DNA of 64,000 nt, from assembly GCF_009914755.1 (NCBI RefSeq), contig NC_060939.1; one strand, written 5' to 3'. The position numbers and the translations under genes are program-made. This document shows, one piece after another, positions 1 to 12,865 of the stretch (its first letter is position 1; each line of letters starts with the position of its first letter). Below the pieces are notes generated by a model. That model saw only the letters and a list, made by a program, of their open reading frames with translations. It was not told the DNA's origin and ran no database searches. This DNA is from the human T2T-CHM13v2.0 reference genome, Homo sapiens.

Positions 1-1794
1 GAAATCGAATCAATTACATTGCAATCCATTACTATTGAGTCCGTTTTATTCCAGTCCACTGCATTCTGGTCCATTCCATTTGATTCCATTCCATTCTATT
101 CCATTCCATACAGTTGCATTCCATTGGATTCCATGCTATATCTATAAATTCAATTCGAGACCATTGCTTTTGAGTCCATTCTATATGATTCCATTCCATT
201 CAAATCCATTACATTTGGTTCAATTCCATTCCATTCCATTCCCTTCCATTCCATTCCATTTGATATCAATCCATTCGATTCCATTCCATTCGAGCACATT
301 CCATTCGAGTCCATTCCATTCGATGCCATTCCATTTGATTCTATTCCATTAGTCTCCATTCAATTCCATTAATCTCCATTCCATTCCATTCTACTCCAAC
401 TGATTCCATTCCATTCTATTCCTTTCCATTCCATTTCATTCCATTCCATTCCATTTCATTCCATTCCATTCCATTCGTGTCCATTCCACTCCAGTCCATT
501 CCATTCGTGTCCATTCCATTCCAGTCCATTCCATTTGTGTCCACTGCATTCCATTCCACTCCATTCCATATTATTCCTTTACACTCCATTCCATTCTATC
601 ACTTTCATTTCCATTCAATTCCATTCCATTTGATTCCATTCCACTCGGTTTCATTCCATTTGAGTCCACTCCATTCCATTCCATTGCATTCCATTCAGTT
701 CCATTCCATTCTGTTCCATTCCATTCCGTTCCATTACATTCCATTCCATTCGGTACCATTCCATATTGTTCCATTCGATTCCATTCGAATCCATTCCATT
801 CCAGTCCATTCCATTCGATTCCATTCCATTCATTTCAATTCCATTCCATTCCATTCCATTACATTCCACTTGATTCCTCTCCATTCTCTTCCACTGCATT
901 CCGTTCGATTCCATTCCATTGCATTGCATTCTATTCCATTGGATTGCATTCCATTCGATTCCATTCCATTCGAATCAATTACATAGCAATCCATTACATT
1001 CGAGTCTATTCTCTTCCGTTCCATTCGATTTCGTTCCAATCCATTCGATTCCATTCCATTCGATTCCATTCCATACTATTGCATTCCATTCGATTACATT
1101 ATATTCGAATAAGTTCCATTCAAGACCATTTCTTTTGAGTCCATTCTATTTGAGTCCATTCCCTTTGATTCCATAACATTTGAGTCCATTCAATTCCATT
1201 CCTTTCGTTTCCATTCCATTTGATGCCATTCCATTCAATTCTGTTCTACTCGACTCCAATACACTCAATTCCATTCCATCCGATTCCATTACATTCTTTT
1301 CATTTCTTATCCATTTCAAGCCATTCCACTCCATTCCATTCCACTCGTTTCCTTTCCATTCGAGTCCATTCCTCTCCAGTCCATTCCGTTCAATCCATTC
1401 CATTCCAGTCCATTCCATTCGAGTCCGTTCCATTCCAGTCCATTCCATTCGAGTCAATTCCATTCCATTCGATGTCTTTCCATAACGATCCATTCCATTC
1501 TATTCCTTTCGATTCCATTCCATTCTATTTCATTCCATTCGATTCCCTTCCATTGGACTCCTTTCCATTCGAGTGCATTCCATTCCTTTCCATTTCTTTC
1601 CGTTCTGTACGATTCCTACCGTTCGATTTCATTTTGTTCCAGTCCATTCCTTTCGCGTCCATTCCATTCCATTTCACTCCATTCGATTCCATTCCACTCG
1701 ATTCCACTTCGTTCCATTTCATTGCATTCCATTCTATTCAACTCTATTGCCTTCCATTCCATTCCATTCGATTACATTCCATGCGATTCCATTC
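1..1794 (+). repeat. Representative 1,794-bp unit (359 pentamers minus 1 nt)
   Basis: Runs from GAAATCGAAT at 1 to the next GAAATCGAAT at 1795. Landmarks: EcoRV GATATC 262-267, KpnI GGTACC 752-757, TTTCGCGTCC about 1651-1660. Confidence 0.95.
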
Positions 1795-2099
1795 GAAATC
1801 GAATCAATTACATTGCAATCCATTACTATTGAGTCCGTTTTATTCCAGTCCACTGCATTCTGGTCCATTCCATTTGATTCCATTCCATTCTATTCCATTC
1901 CATACAGTTGCATTCCATTGGATTCCATGCTATATCTATAAATTCAATTCGAGACCATTGCTTTTGAGTCCATTCTATATGATTCCATTCCATTCAAGTC
2001 CATTACATTTGGTTCAATTCCATTCCATTCCATTCCCTTCCATTCCATTCCATTTGATATCAATCCATTCGATTCCATTCCATTCGAGCACATTCCATT

Positions 2100-5000
2100 C
2101 GAGTCCATTCCATTCGATGCCATTCCATTTGATTCTATGCCATTAGTCTCCATTCAATTCCATTAATCTCCATTCCATTCCATTCTACTCCAACTGATTC
2201 CATTCCATTCTATTCCTTTCCATTCCATTTCATTCCATTCCATTCCATTTCATTCCATTCCATTCCATTCGTGTCCATTCCACTCCAGTCCATTCCATTC
2301 GTGTCCATTCCATTCCAGTCCATTCCATTTGTGTCCACTGCATTCCATTCCACTCCATTCCATATTATTCCATTACACTCCATTCCATTCTATCACTTTC
2401 ATTTCCATTCAATTCCATTCCATTTGATTCCATTCCACTCGGTTTCATTCCATTTGAGTCCACTCCATTCCATTCCATTGCATTCCATTCAGTTCCATTC
2501 CATTCTGTTCCATTCCATTCCGTTCCATTACATTCCATTCCATTCGGTACCATTCCATATTGTTCCATTCGATTCCATTCGAATCCATTCCATTCCAGTC
2601 CATTCCATTCGATTCCATTCCATTCATTTCAATTCCATTCCATTCCATTCCATTACATTCCACTTGATTCCTCTCCATTCCCTTCCACTGCATTCCGTTC
2701 GATTCCATTCCATTGCATTGCATTCCATTCCATTGGATTGCATTCCATTCGATTCCATTCCATTCGAATCAATTACATAGCAATCCATTACATTCGAGTC
2801 TATTCTATTCCGTTCCATTCGATTTCGTTCCAATCCATTCGATTCCATTCCATTCGATTCCATTCCATACTATTGCATTCCATTCGATTACATTATATTC
2901 GAATAAGTTCCATTCAAGACCATTTCTTTTGAGTCCATTCTATTTGAGTCCATTCCCTTTGATTCCATAACATTTGAGTCCATTCAATTCCATTCCTTTC
3001 GTTTCCATTCCATTTGATGCCATTCCATTCAATTCTGTTCTACTCGACTCCAATACACTCAATTCCATTCCATCCGATTCCATTACATTCTTTTCATTTC
3101 TTATCCATTTCAAGCCATTCCACTCCATTCCATTCCACTCGTTTCCTTTCCATTCGAGTCCATTCCTCTCCAGTCCATTCCGTTCAATCCATTCCATTCC
3201 AGTCCATTCCATTCGAGTCCGTTCCATTCCAGTCCATTCCATTCGAGTCAATTCCATTCCATTCGATGTCTTTCCATAACGATCCATTCCATTCTATTCC
3301 TTTCGATTCCATTCCATTCTATTTCATTCCATTCGATTCCCTTCCATTGGACTCCTTTCCATTCGAGTGCATTCCATTCCTTTCCATTTCTTTCCGTTCT
3401 GTACGATTCCTACCGTTCGATTTCATTTTGTTCCAGTCCATTCCTTTCGCGTCCATTCCATTCCATTTCACTCCATTCGATTCCATTCCACTCGATTCCA
3501 CTTCGTTCCATTTCATTGCATTCCATTCTATTCAACTCTATTGCCTTCCATTCCATTCCATTCGATTACATTCCATGCGATTCCATTCGAAATCGAATCA
3601 ATTACATTGCAATCCATTACTATTGAGTCCGTTTTATTCCAGTCCACTGCATTCTGGTCCATTCCATTTGATTCCATTCCATTCTATTCCATTCCATACA
3701 GTTGCATTCCATTGGATTCCATGCTATATCTATAAATTCAATTCGAGACCATTGCTTTTGAGTCCATTCTATATGATTCCATTCCATTCAAGTCCATTAC
3801 ATTTGGTTCAATTCCATTCCATTCCATTCCCTTCCATTCCATTCCATTTGATATCAATCCATTCGATTCCATTCCATTCGAGCACATTCCATTCGAGTCC
3901 ATTCCATTCGATGCCATTCCATTTGATTCTATTCCATTAGTCTCCATTCAATTCCATTAATCTCCATTCCATTCCATTCTACTCCAACTGATTCCATTCC
4001 ATTCTATTCCTTTCCATTCCATTTCATTCCATTCCATTCCATTTCATTCCATTCCATTCCATTCGTGTCCATTCCACTCCAGTCCATTCCATTCGTGTCC
4101 ATTCCATTCCAGTCCATTCCATTTGTGTCCACTGCATTCCATTCCACTCCATTCCATATTATTCCATTACACTCCATTCCATTCTATCTCTTTCATTTCC
4201 ATTCAATTCCATTCCATTTGATTCCATTCCACTCGGTTTCATTCCATTTCAGTCCACTCCATTCCATTCCATTGCATTCCATTCAGTTCCATTCCATTCT
4301 GTTCCATTCCATTCCGTTCCATTACATTCCATTCCATTCGGTACCATTCCATATTGTTCCATTCGATTCCATTCGAATCCATTCCATTCCAGTCCATTCC
4401 ATTCGATTCCATTCCATTCATTTCAATTCCATTCCATTCCATTCCATTACATTCCACTTGATTCCTCTCCATTCCCTTCCACTGCATTCTGTTCGATTCC
4501 ATTCCATTGCATTGCATTCCATTCCATTGGATTGCATTCCATTCGATTCCATTCCATTCGAATCAATTACATAGCAATCCATTACATTCGAGTCTATTCT
4601 ATTCCGTTCCATTCGATTTCGTTCCAATCCATTCGATTCCATTCCATTCGATTCCATTCCATACTATTGCATTCCATTCGATTACATTATATTCGAATAA
4701 GTTCCATTCAAGACCATTTCTTTTGAGTCCATTCTATTTGAGTCCATTCCCTTTGATTCCATAACATTTGAGTCCATTCAATTCCATTCCTTTCGTTTCC
4801 ATTCCATTTGATGCCATTCCATTCAATTCTGTTCTACTCGACTCCAATACACTCAATTCCATTCCATCCGATTCCATTACATTCTTTTCATTTCTCATCC
4901 ATTTCAAGCCATTCCACTCCATTCCATTCCACTCGTTTCCTTTCCATTCGAGTCCATTCCTCTCCAGTCCATTCCGTTCAATCCATTCCATTCCAGTCCA

Positions 5001-8000
5001 TTCCATTCGAGTCCGTTCCATTCCAGTCCATTCCATTCGAGTCAATTCCATTCCATTCGATGTCTTTCCATAACGATCCATTCCATTCTATTCCTTTCGA
5101 TTCCATTCCATTCTATTTCATTCCATTCGATTCCCTTCCATTGGACTCCTTTCCATTCGAGTGCATTCCATTCCTTTCCATTTCTTTCCGTTCTGTACGA
5201 TTCCTACCGTTCGATTTCATTTTGTTCCAGTCCATTCCTTTCGCGTCCATTCCATTCCATTTCACTCCATTCGATTCCATTCCACTCGATTCCACTTCGT
5301 TCCATTTCATTGCATTCCATTCTATTCAACTCTATTGCCTTCCATTCCATTCCATTCGATTACATTCCATGCGATTCCATTCGAAATCGAATCAATTACA
5401 TTGCAATCCATTACTATTGAGTCCGTTTTATTCCAGTCCACTGCATTCTGGTCCATTCCATTTGATTCCATTCCATTCTATTCCATTCCATACAGTTGCA
5501 TTCCATTGGATTCCATGCTATATCTATAAATTCAATTCGAGACAATTGCTTTTGAGTCCATTCTGTATGATTCCATTCCATTCAAGTCCATTACATTTGG
5601 TTCAATTCCATTCCATTCCATTCCCTTCCATTCCATTCCATTTGATATCAATCCATTCGATTCCATTCCATTCGAGCACATTCCATTCGAGTCCATTCCA
5701 TTCGATGCCATTCCATTTCATTCTATTCCATTAGTCTCCATTCAATTCCATTAATCTCCATTCCATTCCATTCTACTCCAACTGATTCCATTCCATTCTA
5801 TTCCTTTCCATTCCATTTCATTCCATTCCATTCCATTTCATTCCATTCCATTCCATTCGTGTCCATTCCACTCCAGTCCATTCCATTCGTGTCCATTCCA
5901 TTCCAGTCCATTCCATTTGTGTCCACTGCATTCCATTCCACTCCATTCCATATTATTCCATTACACTCCATTCCATTCTATTACTTTCATTTCCATTCAA
6001 TTCCATTCCATTTGATTCCATTCCACTCGGTTTCATTCCATTTGAGTCCACTCCATTCCATTCCATTCCATTCCATTCAGTTCCATTCCATTCTGTTCCA
6101 TTCCATTCCGTTCCATTACATTCCATTCCATTCGGTACCATTCCATATTGTTCCATTCGATTCCATTCGAATCCATTCCATTCCAGTCCATTCCATTCGA
6201 TTCCATTCCATTCATTTCAATTTCATTCCATTCCATTCCATTACATTCCACTTGATTCCTCTCCATTCCCTTCCACTGCATTCCGTTCGATTCCATTCCA
6301 TTGCATTGCATTCCATTCCATTGGATTGCATTCCATTCGATTCCATTCCATTCGAATCAATTACATAGCAATCCATTACATTCGAGTCTATTCTCTTTCG
6401 TTCCATTCGATTTCGTTCCAATCCATTCGATTCCATTCCATTCGATTCCATTCCATACTATTGCATTCCATTCGATTACATTATCTTCGAATAAGTTCCA
6501 TTCAAGACCATTTCTTTTGAGTCCATTCTATTTGAGTCCATTCCCTTTGATTCCATAACATTTGAGTCCATTCAATTCCATTCCTTTCGTTTCCATTCCA
6601 TTTGATGCCATTCCATTCAATTCTGTTCTACTCGACTCCAATACATTCAATTCCATTCCATCCGATTCCATTACATTCTTTTCATTTCTTATCCATTTCA
6701 AGCCATTCCACTCCATTCCATTCCACTCGTTTCCTTTCCATTCGAGTCCATTCCTCTCCAGTCCATTCCGTTCAATCCATTCCATTCCAGTCCATTCCAT
6801 TCGAGTCCGTTCCATTCCAGTCCATTCCATTCGAGTCAATTCCATTCCATTCGATGTCTTTCCATAACGATCCATTCCATTCTATTCCTTTCGATTCCAT
6901 TCCATTCTATTTCATTCCATTCGATTCCCTTCCATTGGACTCCTTTCCATTCGAGTGCATTCCATTCCGTTCCATTTCTTTCCGTTCTGTACGATTCCTA
7001 CCGTTCGATTTCATTTTGTTCCAGTCCATTCCTTTCGCGTCCATTCCATTCCATTTCACTCCATTCGATTCCATTCCACTCGATTCCACTTCGTTCCATT
7101 TCATTGCATTCCATTCTATTCAACTCTATTGCCTTCCATTCCATTCCATTCGATTACATTCCATGCAATTCCATTCGAAATCGAATCAATTACATTGCAA
7201 TCCATTACTATTGAGTCCGTTTTATTCCAGTCCACTGCATTCTGGTCCATTCCATTTGATTCCATTCCATTCTATTCCATTCCATACAGTTGCATTCCAT
7301 TGGATTCCATGCTATATCTATAAATTCAATTCGAGACCATTGCTTTTGAGTCCATTCTATATGATTCCATTCCATTCAAGTCCATTACATTTGGTTCAAT
7401 TCCATTCCATTCCATTCCCTTCCATTCCATTCCATTTGATATCAATCCATTCGCTTCCATTCCATTCGAGCACATTCCATTCGAGTCCATTCCATTCGAT
7501 GCCATTCCATTTGATTCTATGCCATTAGTCTCCATTCAATTCCATTAATCTCCATTCCATTCCATTCTACTCCAACTGATTCCATTCCATTCTATTCCTT
7601 TCCATTCCATTTCATTCCATTCCATTCCATTTCATTCCATTCCATTCCATTCGTGTCCATTCCACTCCAGTCCATTCCATTCGTGTCCATTCCATTCCAG
7701 TCCATTCCATTTGTGTCCACTGCATTCCATTCCACTCCATTCCATATTATTCCATTACACTCCATTCCATTCTATCACTTTCATTTCCATTCAATTCCAT
7801 TCCATTTGATTCCATTCCACTCGGTTTCATTCCATTTGAGTCCACTCCATTCCATTCCATTGCATTCCATTCAGTTCCATTCCATTCTGTTCCATTCCAT
7901 TCCGTTCCATTACATTCCATTCCATTCGGTACCATTCCATATTGTTCCATTCGATTCCATTCGAATCCATTCCATTCCAGTCCATTCCATTCGATTCCAT

Positions 8001-11000
8001 TCCATTCATTTCAATTCCATTCCATTCCATTCCATTACATTCCACTTGATTCCTCTCCATTCCCTTCCACTGCATTCCGTTCGATTCCATTCCATTGCAT
8101 TGCATTCCATTCCATTGGATTGCATTCCATTCGATTCCATTCCATTCGAATCAATTACATAGCAATCCATTACATTCGAGTCTATTCTATTCCGTTCCAT
8201 TCGATTTCGTTCCAATCCATTCGATTCCATTCCATTCGATTCCATTCCATACTATTGCATTCCATTCGATTACATTATATTCGAATAAGTTCCATTCAAG
8301 ACCATTTCTTTTGAGTCCATTCTATTTGAGTCCATTCCCTTTGATTCCATAACATTTGAGTCCATTCAATTCCATTCCTTTCGTTTCCATTCCATTTGAT
8401 GCCATTCCATTCAATTCTGTTCTACTCGACTCCAATACACTCAATTCCATTCCATCCGATTCCATTACATTCTTTTCATTTCTTATCCATTTCAAGCCAT
8501 TCCACTCCATTCCATTCCACTCGTTTCCTTTCCATTCGAGTCCATTCCTCTCCAGTCCATTCCGTTCAATCCATTCCATTCCAGTCCATTCCATTCGAGT
8601 CCGTTCCATTCCAGTCCATTCCATTCGAGTCAATTCCATTCCATTCGATGTCTTTCCATAACGATCCATTCCATTCTATTCCTTTCGATTCCATTCCATT
8701 CTATTTCATTCCATTCGATTCCCTTCCATTGGACTCCTTTCCATTCGAGTGCATTCCATTCCTTTCCATTTCTTTCCGTTCTGTACGATTCCTACCGTTC
8801 GATTTCATTTTGTTCCAGTCCATTCCTTTCGCGTCCATTCCATTCCATTTCACTCCATTCGATTCCATTCCACTCGATTCCACTTCGTTCCATTTCATTG
8901 CATTCCATTCTATTCAACTCTATTGCCTTCCATTCCATTCCATTCGATTACATTCCATGCGATTCCATTCGAAATCGAATCAATTACATTGCAATCCATT
9001 ACTATTGAGTCCGTTTTATTCCAGTCCACTGCATTCTGGTCCATTCCATTTGATTCCATTCCATTCTATTCCATTCCATACAGTTGCATTCCATTGGATT
9101 CCATGCTATATCTATAAATTCAATTCGAGACCATTGCTTTTGAGTCCATTCTATATGATTCCATTCCATTCAAGTCCATTACATTTGGTTCAATTCCATT
9201 CCATTCCATTCCCTTCCATTCCATTCCATTTGATATCAATCCATTCGATTCCATTCCATTCGAGCACATTCCATTCGAGTCCATTCCATTCGATGCCATT
9301 CCATTTGATTCTATTCCATTAGTCTCCATTCAATTCCATTAATCTCCATTCCATTCCATTCTACTCCAACTGATTCCATTCCATTCTATTCCTTTCCATT
9401 CCATTTCATTCCATTCCATTCCATTTCATTCCATTCCATTCCATTCGTGTCCATTCCACTCCAGTCCATTCCATTCGTGTCCATTCCATTCCAGTCCATT
9501 CCATTTGTGTCCACTGCATTCCATTCCACTCCATTCCATATTATTCCATTACACTCCATTCCATTCTATCTCTTTCATTTCCATTCAATTCCATTCCATT
9601 TGATTCCATTCCACTCGGTTTCATTCCATTTCAGTCCACTCCATTCCATTCCATTGCATTCCATTCAGTTCCATTCCATTCTGTTCCATTCCATTCCGTT
9701 CCATTACATTCCATTCCATTCGGTACCATTCCATATTGTTCCATTCGATTCCATTCGAATCCATTCCATTCCAGTCCATTCCATTCGATTCCATTCCATT
9801 CATTTCAATTCCATTCCATTCCATTCCATTACATTCCACTTGATTCCTCTCCATTCCCTTCCACTGCATTCTGTTCGATTCCATTCCATTGCATTGCATT
9901 CCATTCCATTGGATTGCATTCCATTCGATTCCATTCCATTCGAATCAATTACATAGCAATCCATTACATTCGAGTCTATTCTATTCCGTTCCATTCGATT
10001 TCGTTCCAATCCATTCGATTCCATTCCATTCGATTCCATTCCATACTATTGCATTCCATTCGATTACATTATATTCGAATAAGTTCCATTCAAGACCATT
10101 TCTTTTGAGTCCATTCTATTTGAGTCCATTCCCTTTGATTCCATAACATTTGAGTCCATTCAATTCCATTCCTTTCGTTTCCATTCCATTTGATGCCATT
10201 CCATTCAATTCTGTTCTACTCGACTCCAATACACTCAATTCCATTCCATCCGATTCCATTACATTCTTTTCATTTCTCATCCATTTCAAGCCATTCCACT
10301 CCATTCCATTCCACTCGTTTCCTTTCCATTCGAGTCCATTCCTCTCCAGTCCATTCCGTTCAATCCATTCCATTCCAGTCCATTCCATTCGAGTCCGTTC
10401 CATTCCAGTCCATTCCATTCGAGTCAATTCCATTCCATTCGATGTCTTTCCATAACGATCCATTCCATTCTATTCCTTTCGATTCCATTCCATTCTATTT
10501 CATTCCATTCGATTCCCTTCCATTGGACTCCTTTCCATTCGAGTGCATTCCATTCCTTTCCATTTCTTTCCGTTCTGTACGATTCCTACCGTTCGATTTC
10601 ATTTTGTTCCAGTCCATTCCTTTCGCGTCCATTCCATTCCATTTCACTCCATTCGATTCCATTCCACTCGATTCCACTTCGTTCCATTTCATTGCATTCC
10701 ATTCTATTCAACTCTATTGCCTTCCATTCCATTCCATTCGATTACATTCCATGCGATTCCATTCGAAATCGAATCAATTACATTGCAATCCATTACTATT
10801 GAGTCCGTTTTATTCCAGTCCACTGCATTCTGGTCCATTCCATTTGATTCCATTCCATTCTATTCCATTCCATACAGTTGCATTCCATTGGATTCCATGC
10901 TATATCTATAAATTCAATTCGAGACAATTGCTTTTGAGTCCATTCTGTATGATTCCATTCCATTCAAGTCCATTACATTTGGTTCAATTCCATTCCATTC

Positions 11001-12865
11001 CATTCCCTTCCATTCCATTCCATTTGATATCAATCCATTCGATTCCATTCCATTCGAGCACATTCCATTCGAGTCCATTCCATTCGATGCCATTCCATTT
11101 CATTCTATTCCATTAGTCTCCATTCAATTCCATTAATCTCCATTCCATTCCATTCTACTCCAACTGATTCCATTCCATTCTATTCCTTTCCATTCCATTT
11201 CATTCCATTCCATTCCATTTCATTCCATTCCATTCCATTCGTGTCCATTCCACTCCAGTCCATTCCATTCGTGTCCATTCCATTCCAGTCCATTCCATTT
11301 GTGTCCACTGCATTCCATTCCACTCCATTCCATATTATTCCATTACACTCCATTCCATTCTATTACTTTCATTTCCATTCAATTCCATTCCATTTGATTC
11401 CATTCCACTCGGTTTCATTCCATTTGAGTCCACTCCATTCCATTCCATTCCATTCCATTCAGTTCCATTCCATTCTGTTCCATTCCATTCCGTTCCATTA
11501 CATTCCATTCCATTCGGTACCATTCCATATTGTTCCATTCGATTCCATTCGAATCCATTCCATTCCAGTCCATTCCATTCGATTCCATTCCATTCATTTC
11601 AATTTCATTCCATTCCATTCCATTACATTCCACTTGATTCCTCTCCATTCCCTTCCACTGCATTCCGTTCGATTCCATTCCATTGCATTGCATTCCATTC
11701 CATTGGATTGCATTCCATTCGATTCCATTCCATTCGAATCAATTACATAGCAATCCATTACATTCGAGTCTATTCTCTTTCGTTCCATTCGATTTCGTTC
11801 CAATCCATTCGATTCCATTCCATTCGATTCCATTCCATACTATTGCATTCCATTCGATTACATTATCTTCGAATAAGTTCCATTCAAGACCATTTCTTTT
11901 GAGTCCATTCTATTTGAGTCCATTCCCTTTGATTCCATAACATTTGAGTCCATTCAATTCCATTCCTTTCGTTTCCATTCCATTTGATGCCATTCCATTC
12001 AATTCTGTTCTACTCGACTCCAATACATTCAATTCCATTCCATCCGATTCCATTACATTCTTTTCATTTCTTATCCATTTCAAGCCATTCCACTCCATTC
12101 CATTCCACTCGTTTCCTTTCCATTCGAGTCCATTCCTCTCCAGTCCATTCCGTTCAATCCATTCCATTCCAGTCCATTCCATTCGAGTCCGTTCCATTCC
12201 AGTCCATTCCATTCGAGTCAATTCCATTCCATTCGATGTCTTTCCATAACGATCCATTCCATTCTATTCCTTTCGATTCCATTCCATTCTATTTCATTCC
12301 ATTCGATTCCCTTCCATTGGACTCCTTTCCATTCGAGTGCATTCCATTCCGTTCCATTTCTTTCCGTTCTGTACGATTCCTACCGTTCGATTTCATTTTG
12401 TTCCAGTCCATTCCTTTCGCGTCCATTCCATTCCATTTCACTCCATTCGATTCCATTCCACTCGATTCCACTTCGTTCCATTTCATTGCATTCCATTCTA
12501 TTCAACTCTATTGCCTTCCATTCCATTCCATTCGATTACATTCCATGCAATTCCATTCGAAATCGAATCAATTACATTGCAATCCATTACTATTGAGTCC
12601 GTTTTATTCCAGTCCACTGCATTCTGGTCCATTCCATTTGATTCCATTCCATTCTATTCCATTCCATACAGTTGCATTCCATTGGATTCCATGCTATATC
12701 TATAAATTCAATTCGAGACCATTGCTTTTGAGTCCATTCTATATGATTCCATTCCATTCAAGTCCATTACATTTGGTTCAATTCCATTCCATTCCATTCC
12801 CTTCCATTCCATTCCATTTGATATCAATCCATTCGCTTCCATTCCATTCGAGCACATTCCATTCG
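2100..12865 (+). repeat. Tandem duplication of a 3-unit block (2 x 5,382 bp)
   Basis: Rare variants recur at offset 5,382: TTCTATGCC 2139/7521, TATCTCTTT ~4188/~9570, GACAATTG 5541/10923, TCAATTTCA ~6221/~11603, ATGCAATT ~7166/~12548, ATTCGCTT 7454/12836. Confidence 0.92.

Noticed and set aside
137-150. TATA-box-like TATAAA (CTATATCTATAAATT) once per unit
   Set aside because: It is a 6-bp match within a degenerate block whose paralog at ~1100-1110 lacks it. There is no other promoter evidence, so it cannot be called from sequence alone.
425-476. Non-B DNA (GGAAT fold-back or i-motif) in pure pentamer tracts
   Set aside because: This is a known in vitro property of (GGAAT)n in general. Nothing in this window supports it specifically, and there are no G-runs for quadruplexes.
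1788-1806. Heat-shock element at TTCGAAATCGAA (HSF1 binds some satellite III arrays)
   Set aside because: The spacing does not fit three alternating nGAAn units, so it is not a canonical HSE. Stress-induced SatIII transcription is mainly documented for the chr9 array and cannot be inferred here.
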